DNA of 64,000 nucleotides from positions 64,001 through 128,000 of the IMG/VR virus record IMGVR_UViG_642918906_000001, one strand, 5' to 3'. The notes under the pieces are model-generated. The model had not been told where the DNA came from and ran no database searches. It worked only from the letters and a program-made list of their open reading frames with translations. Each line of letters opens with the position of its first letter. Position 1 is the first letter of the stretch. This document shows, piece after piece, positions 38,576-48,798 of this stretch. A program made the translations under genes and the position numbers. The DNA comes from a virus (taxonomy: Duplodnaviria; Caudoviricetes).

Positions 38576-40045
38576 ATGAGCCTTACAGCCCTTTTGAAAG
38601 AAGCTGGGGTGAGTAATGAAGACATTACCGCCTCTGAACCACTCGTACAAGAAACCGTTGTTTCACCAGTTGATTCCCCGTCAGCGGCTATCCCAGTAGT
38701 CGACGCTGTTGTTGAGACCGCTCCAGTTGTTGAACCAGTTCCTGAAACCGTAGCGGCGCCAGTCACTGCACCTTTGGAACCAGCTGTGGTTGAATCGGTG
38801 GTCGCTCCAGTTGCTGAAGCACCATTGCCGGTAGAAGCGGTAGCCGTAGATCAGGTAATTCCAACTATTCCAGTTGTAGAAGCACAAGCTGCTGTTGCTG
38901 AAGCAGTAGAGATTACTCAGATCGAAGCCACTGCTTGTCAGGTAGAAGCTGAACAACAAGCAATCAAAGATAAAGCCGACGAACTGTTGGATATGCAGAC
39001 CGCATTGGAAAACCTCACTAGTATCATTCGTAAGACTGGTGCTAATGGCGTGTCCAATCAAACTGCCGAAGTTATTCAATCACAACTCCGTTCGATTAAT
39101 CGTCGATTGGGTGTGGAAAGTAAATTCGTATCCACTGAATCCTTTATTGCTCGCGACAACCGTGAACAACATGCTATTGCTACTATCGCACTGGAGGACA
39201 TCAAGACCAGTGTTAAGGTAGCCAAGAATAAGTTCATTGAACTGCTTGAGAAAATCTTGGCTCTGTTCAAACGTGCGGCCAGTAACTGGCTAGACGGTCT
39301 GGTTAGCCTCGATAAGAAAGTCGATCAACTCGACCAACGTTTGGGCGCATTGAAGAAACCAGGTGGCGGTGGATCACTCACACTCCACAATGCCGGTCTG
39401 GTTGTATACAAAGACAGTATCGATATTCCTGAGGATATCCCAGGTCTCGCACACTTTGCTTCGGTAGCTTACCCAGACGTAGTTACTAAGTACCTCGATC
39501 AGTCTGCAAAGACTCTTCTTAAATACAAACCTAGTGATTTCGATCCAGAACGTATTAAAGAGGAATTCGAACGTCATGCTAAACCACTGGCATATTTGAT
39601 CGAACTGCAAGTTGAGAAAGATGAGCTACCTGGTGGTCAACACTTGGACGTAGATGAAGGTGGACTAAGCTTTGGTATCAAAGGTGAGGTTCCAGCTGGC
39701 GTTGATAAAGAAGTCGATCTGGAAACCACCGTTGAACTACGTAAGAAAGTTCGCGCTATCAAAGATATCGTGGAACAGATCAAGAAGATCCGTCCAGAAG
39801 TCGAGAAGATCGATAAAGCTGGTAAGCGTCTGATTGAAGCTGCTCGTCGCTCTACTTCTCTGAAAGCTGAAGATGAGAAAGAAGCAGAAGACTTTTACAA
39901 TATCGTTCATGATGCAATCAGTCGTTCGGCAGCTGCTAAGCCACGTGTTGATGAAGTCATCAAGTATCTGGTACGCTATCTCGGCGCACAGGTTGCTATT
40001 GTTAATACAATGGCCGACGCCATTGAGAAAGAGAAAGAAGATTAA
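38576..40045 (+). CDS. Internal head protein paralog (gp95-like)
   Basis: A/P/V/E-rich propeptide; SNE, ALE, STE and ALE motifs. Confidence 0.65.
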   Translation: MSLTALLKEAGVSNEDITASEPLVQETVVSPVDSPSAAIPVVDAVVETAPVVEPVPETVAAPVTAPLEPAVVESVVAPVAEAPLPVEAVAVDQVIPTIPVVEAQAAVAEAVEITQIEATACQVEAEQQAIKDKADELLDMQTALENLTSIIRKTGANGVSNQTAEVIQSQLRSINRRLGVESKFVSTESFIARDNREQHAIATIALEDIKTSVKVAKNKFIELLEKILALFKRAASNWLDGLVSLDKKVDQLDQRLGALKKPGGGGSLTLHNAGLVVYKDSIDIPEDIPGLAHFASVAYPDVVTKYLDQSAKTLLKYKPSDFDPERIKEEFERHAKPLAYLIELQVEKDELPGGQHLDVDEGGLSFGIKGEVPAGVDKEVDLETTVELRKKVRAIKDIVEQIKKIRPEVEKIDKAGKRLIEAARRSTSLKAEDEKEAEDFYNIVHDAISRSAAAKPRVDEVIKYLVRYLGAQVAIVNTMADAIEKEKED

Positions 40046-40049
40046 TTCG

Positions 40050-40076
40050 ACGGGACCTTCGGGTCCCGTTTTTATT
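40050..40076 (+). terminator. Intrinsic terminator
   Basis: ACGGGACC-TTCG-GGTCCCGT followed by TTTT. Confidence 0.85.
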
Positions 40077-40088
40077 CAGGTATTCCCA

Positions 40089-41192
40089 ATGACTGAAGTT
40101 ATTGAACTTGCCCCAACGACAGCAGTGAATGCTGCACCTGATGTCATGAGTACTTTGATGGAACTCAATCCAGCTATTGCCGATGAGATCCTTGAACTGA
40201 CGCACGGCATCGAACGCTATAAAAATATTCGATTGCTCCAACCAAAGTTATTCGAACTCAGTCTCGAAGCAACTGACCAGGGTAGTATACTGAGCCGGAT
40301 GCTTGATGCACTGATCCGTTTCATTACCCGCTTCATTAGGGATGTTTATGAAGGTACAGCGACTCTTAGTTTCTCGCTAGGTAAGTTACATGACCGTGCT
40401 GAATTGATTAACACCGAATCCAGGTCTATGCGTCGTACTAACCGTAGCAATGAGTTTAAGATCGATACTAGAATCCACAACCTTTGCGTTAACTACAAAC
40501 CAATCAATGACCCTCAGCGACTGTTGATGGTACTCAAAACAAACAACGTACTGTTTAAGAGTTATTTCAAATACCAGAACGTAGAGTTACCGAACATTAT
40601 CCCTAATATTGTTAACATCAATCCTAAACGGCCAGATTCGGTTATCGCGCTGGTAGAACTGTTGTCGCCTGTATCACCTATGGCTAAAGCCAGTGCTATG
40701 AATTTCAGCGGTGACCAAACATCCCGTGCTAGTTTGCAGTTATTGGGTAATCAACGATTGCATGCAATGACTAAGAATCCGGTAGGTGATGTCGTAGATC
40801 AACTCGCCGGTCAAGAATGGTTACTGTTACCGGCCAGTGATGACCCTAAGCCGTTACCGCCTTCCATCACCTACCCTGTATTTGCCGCAACCATTGAGCA
40901 AAGTATTCTACGTGAGATCGTATCGGCTACAACTGATCTTGAATCGAATTTCGGGATCGTGTCTCGTAACCGTCGTAGTATGCGTGTGGATGATCTGACG
41001 CGTTATCTTGAAAGATTGCGTAACAGTATTTTGACTAAGCAGTACGATGCTGAAACTGAGGAACGTGCACAGCAGATAATCCGAATGCTAGAGGCTTATT
41101 GCACTTGGCTAGTTAACCCTTATCTAAACATGATGGGCCTTTATATCAGAAATGCCAACGCAGTGTTGAACGTTTGCGATGCCAACAACTAA
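40089..41192 (+). CDS. Internal head protein (gp96-like)
   Basis: GIE and SLE motifs; likely start ATG 40089. Confidence 0.6.
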   Translation: MTEVIELAPTTAVNAAPDVMSTLMELNPAIADEILELTHGIERYKNIRLLQPKLFELSLEATDQGSILSRMLDALIRFITRFIRDVYEGTATLSFSLGKLHDRAELINTESRSMRRTNRSNEFKIDTRIHNLCVNYKPINDPQRLLMVLKTNNVLFKSYFKYQNVELPNIIPNIVNINPKRPDSVIALVELLSPVSPMAKASAMNFSGDQTSRASLQLLGNQRLHAMTKNPVGDVVDQLAGQEWLLLPASDDPKPLPPSITYPVFAATIEQSILREIVSATTDLESNFGIVSRNRRSMRVDDLTRYLERLRNSILTKQYDAETEERAQQIIRMLEAYCTWLVNPYLNMMGLYIRNANAVLNVCDANN

Positions 41193-41289
41193 ACACAAAA
41201 CTGACTTATTATCTGATAGTATATTCGTCCCGTGGTTATGTGGAGGACGAACTGCATAACCACTTCCGTAACAAAAAGGTATTGTCAAC

Positions 41290-44058
41290 ATGTTGAAAAA
41301 AATTAATAGCGCCAACTTATTCTCTATGGAGAATCACGATGAGCAAACTACCGAAGAACTTCCAGAGCAAGGCGTTGTAGTAGAAGCCGATGCCGAAGCG
41401 GTAGTAGCCGAGGCCACACCATCTGAAGACGTAACTGAAGCTGGTGACGACATTGGTCAAGCAACCCCTAACGATGAGATCGATGCCAGTCCAGATGCCG
41501 ATCTTACCGTAACCGAAACAACCGTTCAATCGCCAGATGGTGGTGAGACTGAAGAAGTTTCCAAACTGCTTGAAGAAGGCCAACAAGCCGCAGCTACCAA
41601 AGATGAAATCGTAGCTACCGCAACTGCCGAAGTAACCGGTGGTGAATCTGATGCCGTTGATGTAAATGGTAATGCCATTACTGAAGAGCAGGCTGTAGAA
41701 AACGAAGAGCAAGAAAACGTTGATGATGAAGTCGACGAAGAAGCTGAGAAGACTGCTGCTGACAAAGACATCCACGAACAAGTAGACGACGTAACTGAAA
41801 ACGTTGACGAAGAGCTTGGTGATGCAATCGGTGACGATTCTACCGACGGTGGTCTAGACGGTGAAGCTACTGATGACACATCTACCGATATCGATAGTTC
41901 TGGTAGTCAAGGTGATCTGGGTATGGACGCTGAAACCGGCGACCTAGGTGAACCAGAAGGCGGTGATGATACCGCATTTGACGATGACACTCCATTGGAG
42001 GGTGCTGACGATGTGGGTACAGATACCGATGCTACTGCTGACGATAGCAGTGGGGATGTGGGTAGCGATGAAACTGCTACAGGGTCTGACATGGATGATG
42101 TTGAATCCACTGACGGTGGCGACTTGGGTGGCGAAGAAACTGTCGACGATACCGTCGGGGTTGATGGCGATTCTGAGGTGGCTGACGACGTAGCGACTCA
42201 AAACGAGGCGGCTGATGTAACCGCTGAAGCTGCTAGCTCTGATACAGAGCAGACTGACTTCATCGCTGGTGACACCCCAGAGCAACATGGTGAAGAACCA
42301 TCCACTGACGAACTCCCTGCCAACGATGGTGAAGAGATTGTAGCCGAGGCCACTCCTGCTGTTCAGAATGAAACCGACGTGGGTTCCGCTGACGCCAATA
42401 TGGACGTTACACAATCCACCGCTGATGAAGTTGACTTCGACGATGAAACACCTCTGGAAGGTGCTGATGAGGAAACTGAAACAGAAGACCTCGAGGTTAA
42501 TGCTGAACAAGACCTTACCCCTACAGAAGTAGACGGTCAAGAAATTGACGGCAGTACTCCTGATGGGGCTACAGTTGAAGAATCTCAAACTGATCAACAA
42601 GCTGAAGAACTGGATGAAGTAAACGCTGAACCTGAAACCGAAGAGGAAGAAGGGGCTAATGAACCAGAAGACGGCGAGTCTGAAGTAGAGACCGAAACTG
42701 AGACTGACACAGATGGCTCTACTGAAGAAGTAGTGGAAGACATTACTGCATCCGGTGAACCTGGTCTAGACGCTGAAGCCGGTGAGATTGAAGAGACTGA
42801 CGAACCAGCTGATCTTGAAGAAGGTGAACTGGACATTCCTGACGTAGATACCGAGACCACTGAAGAAGAAGTCGAGGATGCTGCAATCACTGCTGATGAA
42901 GTAGAGGCTGAAGCAGACGCTGATGACGATAAAGGTGACATCGGTGAGAAGACCATTGAAGAACTCCAACGTGAGACTGAGTCCCTCGAAGAATTCCGGG
43001 TAATGCTGGAATGGGGTATCGCTAATGAGTCTTATGACCCAAGCCTGTTGGCTTACAAGTCTGTTCAAGCATCGCGTGTACGTGATCTGTTGAATGGTCT
43101 TGGTTGCAAGCTTCCGGCTGTATCACTTGAATCGTATACTGCTAAAGATATGGACTTGGCTTACCAAGCATCTCTCGAATCGGTTCGTGGCATGTTGTCG
43201 CGCATTTCGGGTATCAGTCACCAGTTGACTCAAAAGGTAGAACGTTGGTACGCTAAAGGTATGGTTGACAAAGTGAAGACTCGTACCACTGCTTTGAACA
43301 AGCAGATTGACCTTTGCTTGGTTCAACTGAAAGAAGCTGACGTATCGACTCACGAAGTTAATGCGATTGGTGCATACCTCGCTCATGCCGACGGTAATCT
43401 GGTTAAAGCTGTTTCCGATGACCTCAAGATCATTTCCGATGTGAGTGTCAAAGGCTTTAAAGCAACTGAAGAACTGCAAACCAATCTGGTTAAAGCACTG
43501 AATGACATTACTGGTGCAGCAACTCCGGCTGAGGCTACTAGTGTTGCAGATAAAGTATCCCGTTTCAAAGATACCAAATCGGCTTTCCCTAACAAGGCAT
43601 TCAGTTCTGGTTTCCTTGGTGGCTTTAAGTTCGAGCTGAAAGAAGCAACAGGTGGTGACACACTGAAAGACAAGATCCTTAACATGGGTCGTCGTGCAGT
43701 ACCGGTTATCGTACGTGAGGGTAAAGGTACTAACACCAGTCAGAAACTGTCTAAGGGTGACGTTGCTAACCTGCTGACTATGGCTAAGGCTTACACTGCC
43801 CTGGCTAACAAGCTTGCAGACACTACTGGTGACCGTGCCGTTGATAACATTAGTAAGATCCGTCTTACTCGTGAACGTGCTCTACCGATCGCTGTAGAAG
43901 GTCGTGTACGTGGTGGTGACGAAGCTGCTATTGACGCAGCAGCTAGTGCATTGGAAATTGTAGCTAAGGCTCACAATGACATGTACAAGTTTGTTACCAA
44001 GCATTGCATCGACGTAGCTGACGCCCTGTGTGGTGTCGCTAAGAAGTTCAGTAAGTAA
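41290..44058 (+). CDS. Inner-body protein with very long acidic propeptide (gp97-like)
   Basis: 922 aa; ~560 aa D/E/T/G-rich region, then SLE, ANE, SLE and SLE motifs and a folded C-terminal domain. Confidence 0.7.
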   Translation: MLKKINSANLFSMENHDEQTTEELPEQGVVVEADAEAVVAEATPSEDVTEAGDDIGQATPNDEIDASPDADLTVTETTVQSPDGGETEEVSKLLEEGQQAAATKDEIVATATAEVTGGESDAVDVNGNAITEEQAVENEEQENVDDEVDEEAEKTAADKDIHEQVDDVTENVDEELGDAIGDDSTDGGLDGEATDDTSTDIDSSGSQGDLGMDAETGDLGEPEGGDDTAFDDDTPLEGADDVGTDTDATADDSSGDVGSDETATGSDMDDVESTDGGDLGGEETVDDTVGVDGDSEVADDVATQNEAADVTAEAASSDTEQTDFIAGDTPEQHGEEPSTDELPANDGEEIVAEATPAVQNETDVGSADANMDVTQSTADEVDFDDETPLEGADEETETEDLEVNAEQDLTPTEVDGQEIDGSTPDGATVEESQTDQQAEELDEVNAEPETEEEEGANEPEDGESEVETETETDTDGSTEEVVEDITASGEPGLDAEAGEIEETDEPADLEEGELDIPDVDTETTEEEVEDAAITADEVEAEADADDDKGDIGEKTIEELQRETESLEEFRVMLEWGIANESYDPSLLAYKSVQASRVRDLLNGLGCKLPAVSLESYTAKDMDLAYQASLESVRGMLSRISGISHQLTQKVERWYAKGMVDKVKTRTTALNKQIDLCLVQLKEADVSTHEVNAIGAYLAHADGNLVKAVSDDLKIISDVSVKGFKATEELQTNLVKALNDITGAATPAEATSVADKVSRFKDTKSAFPNKAFSSGFLGGFKFELKEATGGDTLKDKILNMGRRAVPVIVREGKGTNTSQKLSKGDVANLLTMAKAYTALANKLADTTGDRAVDNISKIRLTRERALPIAVEGRVRGGDEAAIDAAASALEIVAKAHNDMYKFVTKHCIDVADALCGVAKKFSK

Positions 44059-44059
44059 A

Positions 44060-44105
44060 AGCATAATGGCCCTCCCTTCGGGGAGGGTTTATGTCATCTT
44101 TTTAC
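44060..44105 (+). terminator. Terminator
   Basis: CCCTCCC-TTCG-GGGAGGG with CATA and TATG flanks and a T tract. Confidence 0.75.
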
Positions 44106-44179
44106 TCAGGTATAAACAGTATGTGGTATTGAGACCACACCTTAACTAGACCAGACCCTTAAGTGGGAGAGGCAAAGAG

Positions 44180-45052
44180 ATGAAAGATATTTTTATAGCA
44201 GAAGAAGCATATAATCCAACGATGATGGACGAGGCTACCGCCTCACCACTCGAGACATACCGTAAGTACGACGCTTACTTTAACTGGTTCCTAACTGAAG
44301 ACTTTGATGAAGATACGACGGTACCAAGTGGTGACCATGAACTGTTCAACTTCGTTATGACCCGTGAGAAAGAATACCGTAAGGCACCGATCGATAAAAT
44401 GTTTACTCCACCTACCCTAACTTGGGCTCGTCGAGATTGCATTTCTATCGGGGGTAAACTACTCGAGTCAAGTCACGAATTTGTCCAGTTTTTTGGTTAT
44501 ACCCCAGGGACTCTTATAGTACCCGGTATGGATCTTGAACCAAATGCAAAGTCGAAGAACCGTACTCTGCATGTAACAGTCGACCCACTTGATCCAGATC
44601 CTGAAAGAACCATCACAGCTATCCAATCAATTATTTTGGATACAGCAAATGGATTGAAACCAGATATCGACGAGGGTTATTCCACTTATGTGCCGATCGC
44701 AACTCGATTGATGGCTCTGTCTGATAATGCAGATGAGGTGATTGAGAAGGCACTTTGTAAATATTTTGACACACGTTCTGCAATTGAGTTCCTTAAGGCC
44801 GATGGTAGCCAACCGCTATTTAATCCGATCCCAGATTTCTGCCCTGGACAGACTCTCCCTAAATGGTACATCGAAGCATGGATTCTGAACCAGGAATTCA
44901 TCAAGTACCCAGAGTTCCAGAAGAATATCTGTCGTATTGTTTTTGAATATGCCGAGCGTGAAATTACCCGTGGTAACTTGGACATTAAGAAGATCCTTAA
45001 CTACCTGATCCGGTTGGGTCGATTCAACACACGTGTATACCTGATCAACTAA
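44180..45052 (+). CDS. Hypothetical protein, probably virion-associated
   Basis: 290 aa within the late cluster, TATG upstream. Confidence 0.55.
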   Translation: MKDIFIAEEAYNPTMMDEATASPLETYRKYDAYFNWFLTEDFDEDTTVPSGDHELFNFVMTREKEYRKAPIDKMFTPPTLTWARRDCISIGGKLLESSHEFVQFFGYTPGTLIVPGMDLEPNAKSKNRTLHVTVDPLDPDPERTITAIQSIILDTANGLKPDIDEGYSTYVPIATRLMALSDNADEVIEKALCKYFDTRSAIEFLKADGSQPLFNPIPDFCPGQTLPKWYIEAWILNQEFIKYPEFQKNICRIVFEYAEREITRGNLDIKKILNYLIRLGRFNTRVYLIN

Positions 45053-45057
45053 TAATG

Positions 45058-45087
45058 TCCCTCCCTTCGGGGAGGGCTTTATGCCGC
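45058..45087 (+). terminator. Stem-loop nearly identical to the one at 44070
   Basis: CCCTCCC-TTCG-GGGAGGG followed by CTTTATGCC. Confidence 0.7.
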
Positions 45088-45119
45088 AATCTTATGAACT
45101 TTAAAATGAGGCTATTACC

Positions 45120-46781
45120 ATGCCTAACGCCGTTATTGTTTTACCTGATGTTTACGAAACCATTCAGCGAGCCGTAGCCGTGAGTGCCGTAACTCAGATT
45201 GCCCAGTTTATGGGATTGCCTCCTGAGACTGAAGTGTATTTCCCTGGTCGTGCTGAAACCGTCCCTATGAATGGTGCGGTGTTCGGTAATTGCTGTGATG
45301 CAACTAACGCCATTCGATTCGATCCAGAAGAACGGGTTGAGGTTAGGTACGATGAAATCGCTGAAGAAAACTTTACATTGTCTACAGCTGTAATGAACGA
45401 TCAGAACTACCCGATCTTTGCTGACACAAAGCATGGGATTTTCATTCATCCAGTTCGTAGGTTTGTTGACTTCCGTATTGACATTACTTACCAAGCGCCT
45501 AACGTTGTAGTTGCCCAGCGATGGTTGGATGATCAGCGTATTAAGTTGTCTGAGGGCTTTGGTGACATGACCATGGCTTTAGAGTACCATTACAACTTCT
45601 CATTACCTATGATGGCACTCCTTAAAGGCCTGTATGACACGCAGGAAGGTTCAGCCTATCCATCGGGTCAGTCTTTCAATGATTGGCTCATAGAGCGCAC
45701 TATACAGCCTCACACGGATATGGTTACTAATACTGATACTTTCCCTCAGTACACCGTGTATGAACGACAAGTAGACGTAGTGGGTCACTTTGATTTCATC
45801 AACACGCCTGAGACACCTCAGAAAGCATCTGATAACTCTGGTGCATACGAGTGTACGTTTAGTTACATCTGTAGGTATGACCGACCAACGCACATGTACA
45901 TCGAATATCCGATGATCATGAATCAGTGTCCGATCCCTAAGTTGTTCCGTCCTGATTATCCATATCAGAACTACCAGCAGATCGATCGTAAGACTACCGT
46001 GTTGCGTGGCTCACTGGATAAGGCTTTCCATATCTCTGCTCAACGTGGGTTACCTTACATTCAATATCCTGATACTGATACATGGGTTGCACCGGATGAG
46101 TTCCCTACCAAGCTTACGTTCTTTACCGGGTTGTTGATGCTTAACTGTAAAGATCTAAAGGCAGTGATGGACTTTAAGTCACTGGGTCGCTTTGCCTTCA
46201 CTCCATGGTTTGTTGAGTTCTTTGAATCTGTAGGTACTCGAGCATTCGGACCTAATAGCTTATTCGACATTCGACTGTACCGTAACAATGAACGATTGCA
46301 TATTCCATTAGTAATGGAACCCGGTACCCTTAAACTAAGGACTACGGTAGACTTAGATCCAGAATACTATTACCATATTCAGATTTCAGTTAATGGTAAC
46401 TGGTTGCAAATTCCAAAAGACACGTGGGAAGGAATTCGTAGATACCCAACAGTCTACTGGACTATCTGTCGGATGTTCTGGGTATGTCGTGGTAAAGAAC
46501 CTCTTGAGAAGCTTGAGTTGTTAGGTCTAGGTCGTCCTCGGACACCTAATCCCGATTGGCCAGGCGAGGGTACTACGGAATGGACTAAGGATGTACCACA
46601 TTTTCCTGAAGGTTATGTGAAGTGGGCCGATATTGAATGTGGTCGTACTGCTCGTGCTGAAACCATTCCTGGTCAAACTGGTCCTAATGGTACAGATGCA
46701 TTTACATCACTTCAAGCATACGGTCCAGCCAACGTACTCTACGCAGGTTTGATCGCCGACAAACTCGTTGGAGGTAACTAA
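45120..46781 (+). CDS. Virion structural protein (gp98-like; neck/tail region)
   Basis: 553 aa; synteny in the late cluster. Confidence 0.55.
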   Translation: MPNAVIVLPDVYETIQRAVAVSAVTQIAQFMGLPPETEVYFPGRAETVPMNGAVFGNCCDATNAIRFDPEERVEVRYDEIAEENFTLSTAVMNDQNYPIFADTKHGIFIHPVRRFVDFRIDITYQAPNVVVAQRWLDDQRIKLSEGFGDMTMALEYHYNFSLPMMALLKGLYDTQEGSAYPSGQSFNDWLIERTIQPHTDMVTNTDTFPQYTVYERQVDVVGHFDFINTPETPQKASDNSGAYECTFSYICRYDRPTHMYIEYPMIMNQCPIPKLFRPDYPYQNYQQIDRKTTVLRGSLDKAFHISAQRGLPYIQYPDTDTWVAPDEFPTKLTFFTGLLMLNCKDLKAVMDFKSLGRFAFTPWFVEFFESVGTRAFGPNSLFDIRLYRNNERLHIPLVMEPGTLKLRTTVDLDPEYYYHIQISVNGNWLQIPKDTWEGIRRYPTVYWTICRMFWVCRGKEPLEKLELLGLGRPRTPNPDWPGEGTTEWTKDVPHFPEGYVKWADIECGRTARAETIPGQTGPNGTDAFTSLQAYGPANVLYAGLIADKLVGGN

Positions 46782-48196
46782 TGGGTCTTTTTCATGAAAC
46801 GGAAGAAACGCCAATTGATCCAGAGGTAAGTCCAGTAGAGGTAAAAGCCTATTGCGAAACTTATCGAGGTATTGCCGTTGACACCAAGTATATTCCACGT
46901 TCAAGTATGCTTGCGTGGATTAATGGTTCTAACTGGCGAGCGAGTGCTTACTATTCGCAGATGCTGGACGCTACGCAAGAACCAACACCTTTAGCACTGA
47001 ACCGACGGCCGCCGTATCAACAGTACTACAAGATCATGAACATCGATATCAAAGTTAACCAACCTTTGGATATCAGTCAACGTGAAGATCTTCGTACTTT
47101 CAGTGTCACTGGTAGTGGTCACACTTATCCTGGCCTCGCAGCTAACTATGGCGACATGTTCACTGCTGGTGTTGGTGACGGACGCGTTGGTCTTTTTACT
47201 ATTACTAGCGCTCGCCGTGAAACATACCTACGGGATTCCACTTATGCAATCGAGTGGAAGATGGTTGGATGGCTCACCGAGCAGCAACAACAAGACTTAG
47301 ACGATAAATCACAGGTCACTTATTACTGGGATGCTAATCGGTTGGGTAATGGATGTAATCCATTTGTCACCGAAGAAGATTATCACGATAACCAAGAGTT
47401 CGCTAAGACGCGTGATGATATCATCCGTCGTTACATCGCTGACTTTTTCTCGACCCAGTACTTTACGTTCATTGTTCCAGACCAACTCAATAACACATAT
47501 GACCATTTTGTGGTAAAGGCTTTGTTGAGTATCATCGACACTAAATACTCGCGGGACTTACGTCGTGCGAAAGTGTTGAACGTCATGAGTTTGTCTGTGA
47601 TGCGTGAACCGACCGTATGGGACATGATCATCAAGCAAAACCCAGTCGTTGGGTGTGGCGCAACAGAGCGTGCTCACTTAGTCATGACCGCGATTGATCG
47701 TTGGAAACCTGAACTACAGGCCATCGGTTATTCTGGTATTCCACGAATGGTTTATCCAATCGATGCGCCAACTGATGTGGACTCCCAGTACAATGGCTCT
47801 AATCGCTGTACGCCTGAAGGTATTCCATTCCAGGCAGGGCAACCCCGTCGCCCACCTAAGGGTAAGTGGAAGCCTCAGTGGGAACGTGACGAACCGTGGT
47901 TCCATCGTGTACCGCCAGAACAGCAGACCAATATTGAAAAAGCTTGGTCTTACCCGCAAGACATTAAACCCGTCGTAATTGACGACTATTACGTTTTCTC
48001 TGAAGCCTTCTATTATGAAGACTCTAAGCTACAGAGTAAACTGGAATTATTAACTTGGCAGATGATCAATAACGAACCACTTAATCGCAGTCAGCTTAAA
48101 GCTGTGATTAAATGTTGTTTGTCGTGGGATAACCTTGAACGGTTCTATTACCACCCTGTATTGATTCTCTTGTTAGGTTACGCTATCAGGAACTAA
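46781..48196 (+). CDS. Virion structural protein (gp99-like; possibly neck)
   Basis: 471 aa; YPG..ANYGDMF...GLFTIT segment reminiscent of head-closure proteins. Confidence 0.5.
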   Translation: MGLFHETEETPIDPEVSPVEVKAYCETYRGIAVDTKYIPRSSMLAWINGSNWRASAYYSQMLDATQEPTPLALNRRPPYQQYYKIMNIDIKVNQPLDISQREDLRTFSVTGSGHTYPGLAANYGDMFTAGVGDGRVGLFTITSARRETYLRDSTYAIEWKMVGWLTEQQQQDLDDKSQVTYYWDANRLGNGCNPFVTEEDYHDNQEFAKTRDDIIRRYIADFFSTQYFTFIVPDQLNNTYDHFVVKALLSIIDTKYSRDLRRAKVLNVMSLSVMREPTVWDMIIKQNPVVGCGATERAHLVMTAIDRWKPELQAIGYSGIPRMVYPIDAPTDVDSQYNGSNRCTPEGIPFQAGQPRRPPKGKWKPQWERDEPWFHRVPPEQQTNIEKAWSYPQDIKPVVIDDYYVFSEAFYYEDSKLQSKLELLTWQMINNEPLNRSQLKAVIKCCLSWDNLERFYYHPVLILLLGYAIRN

Positions 48197-48198
48197 TC

Positions 48199-48798
48199 AT
48201 GACTCAGGTGCGCAATTTTCAAATGTGTAAACGCCACACACCAGCATGGCGATTATTTAACCTTCGCTATAAATGCTTGGCTACCAACCTGATTGAAGTT
48301 ACGTCAGAGTACTTAGCTACGGGACAAGTCGTAATGAACGTCTCGGGTGATCCGACAGTAGATCGACTAGCAGCGGGTCGTATGGAAATCAAGAACCTTA
48401 CGGCAGCGGCCATTGCGATGTTTATGGATGAAGGTCACGCTATCGCTATTACGGATATGTACGACTGTGTGCAGATCTACAACGATATTCAGGACCATCT
48501 ACACAATCACCTGATGGCCTCTAGACAAGCGTTTCACAAAGATGATTTGCCACCGATTGAAGAACTGAGGATGTTTGAAGCTTTAGCCCTAGAAGTCTAC
48601 CAAGTCGCTAAGCGCCTAGAGCCAAAAGCATCTCAGGTCCATGGTGGTATCTTTGATAGTTTCATTGAGATGTCTCGTCGTCGTAATTTGATTGCCACTA
48701 ACAAATTCCTCAAGGCTCAAACAGAATCTGACGGTAAGATCAAACCTTACATTTCGATCGTTGACGATATTGAATCCAACATGGCGGAGCTGATGTAA
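48199..48798 (+). CDS. Conserved hypothetical protein (gp100-like)
   Basis: 199 aa, coupled to neighbours. Confidence 0.55.
   Translation: MTQVRNFQMCKRHTPAWRLFNLRYKCLATNLIEVTSEYLATGQVVMNVSGDPTVDRLAAGRMEIKNLTAAAIAMFMDEGHAIAITDMYDCVQIYNDIQDHLHNHLMASRQAFHKDDLPPIEELRMFEALALEVYQVAKRLEPKASQVHGGIFDSFIEMSRRRNLIATNKFLKAQTESDGKIKPYISIVDDIESNMAELM

Noticed and set aside
41317-43068. Ser-rich minus-strand ORFs
   Set aside because: Mirror of the D/E-rich codons on the + strand
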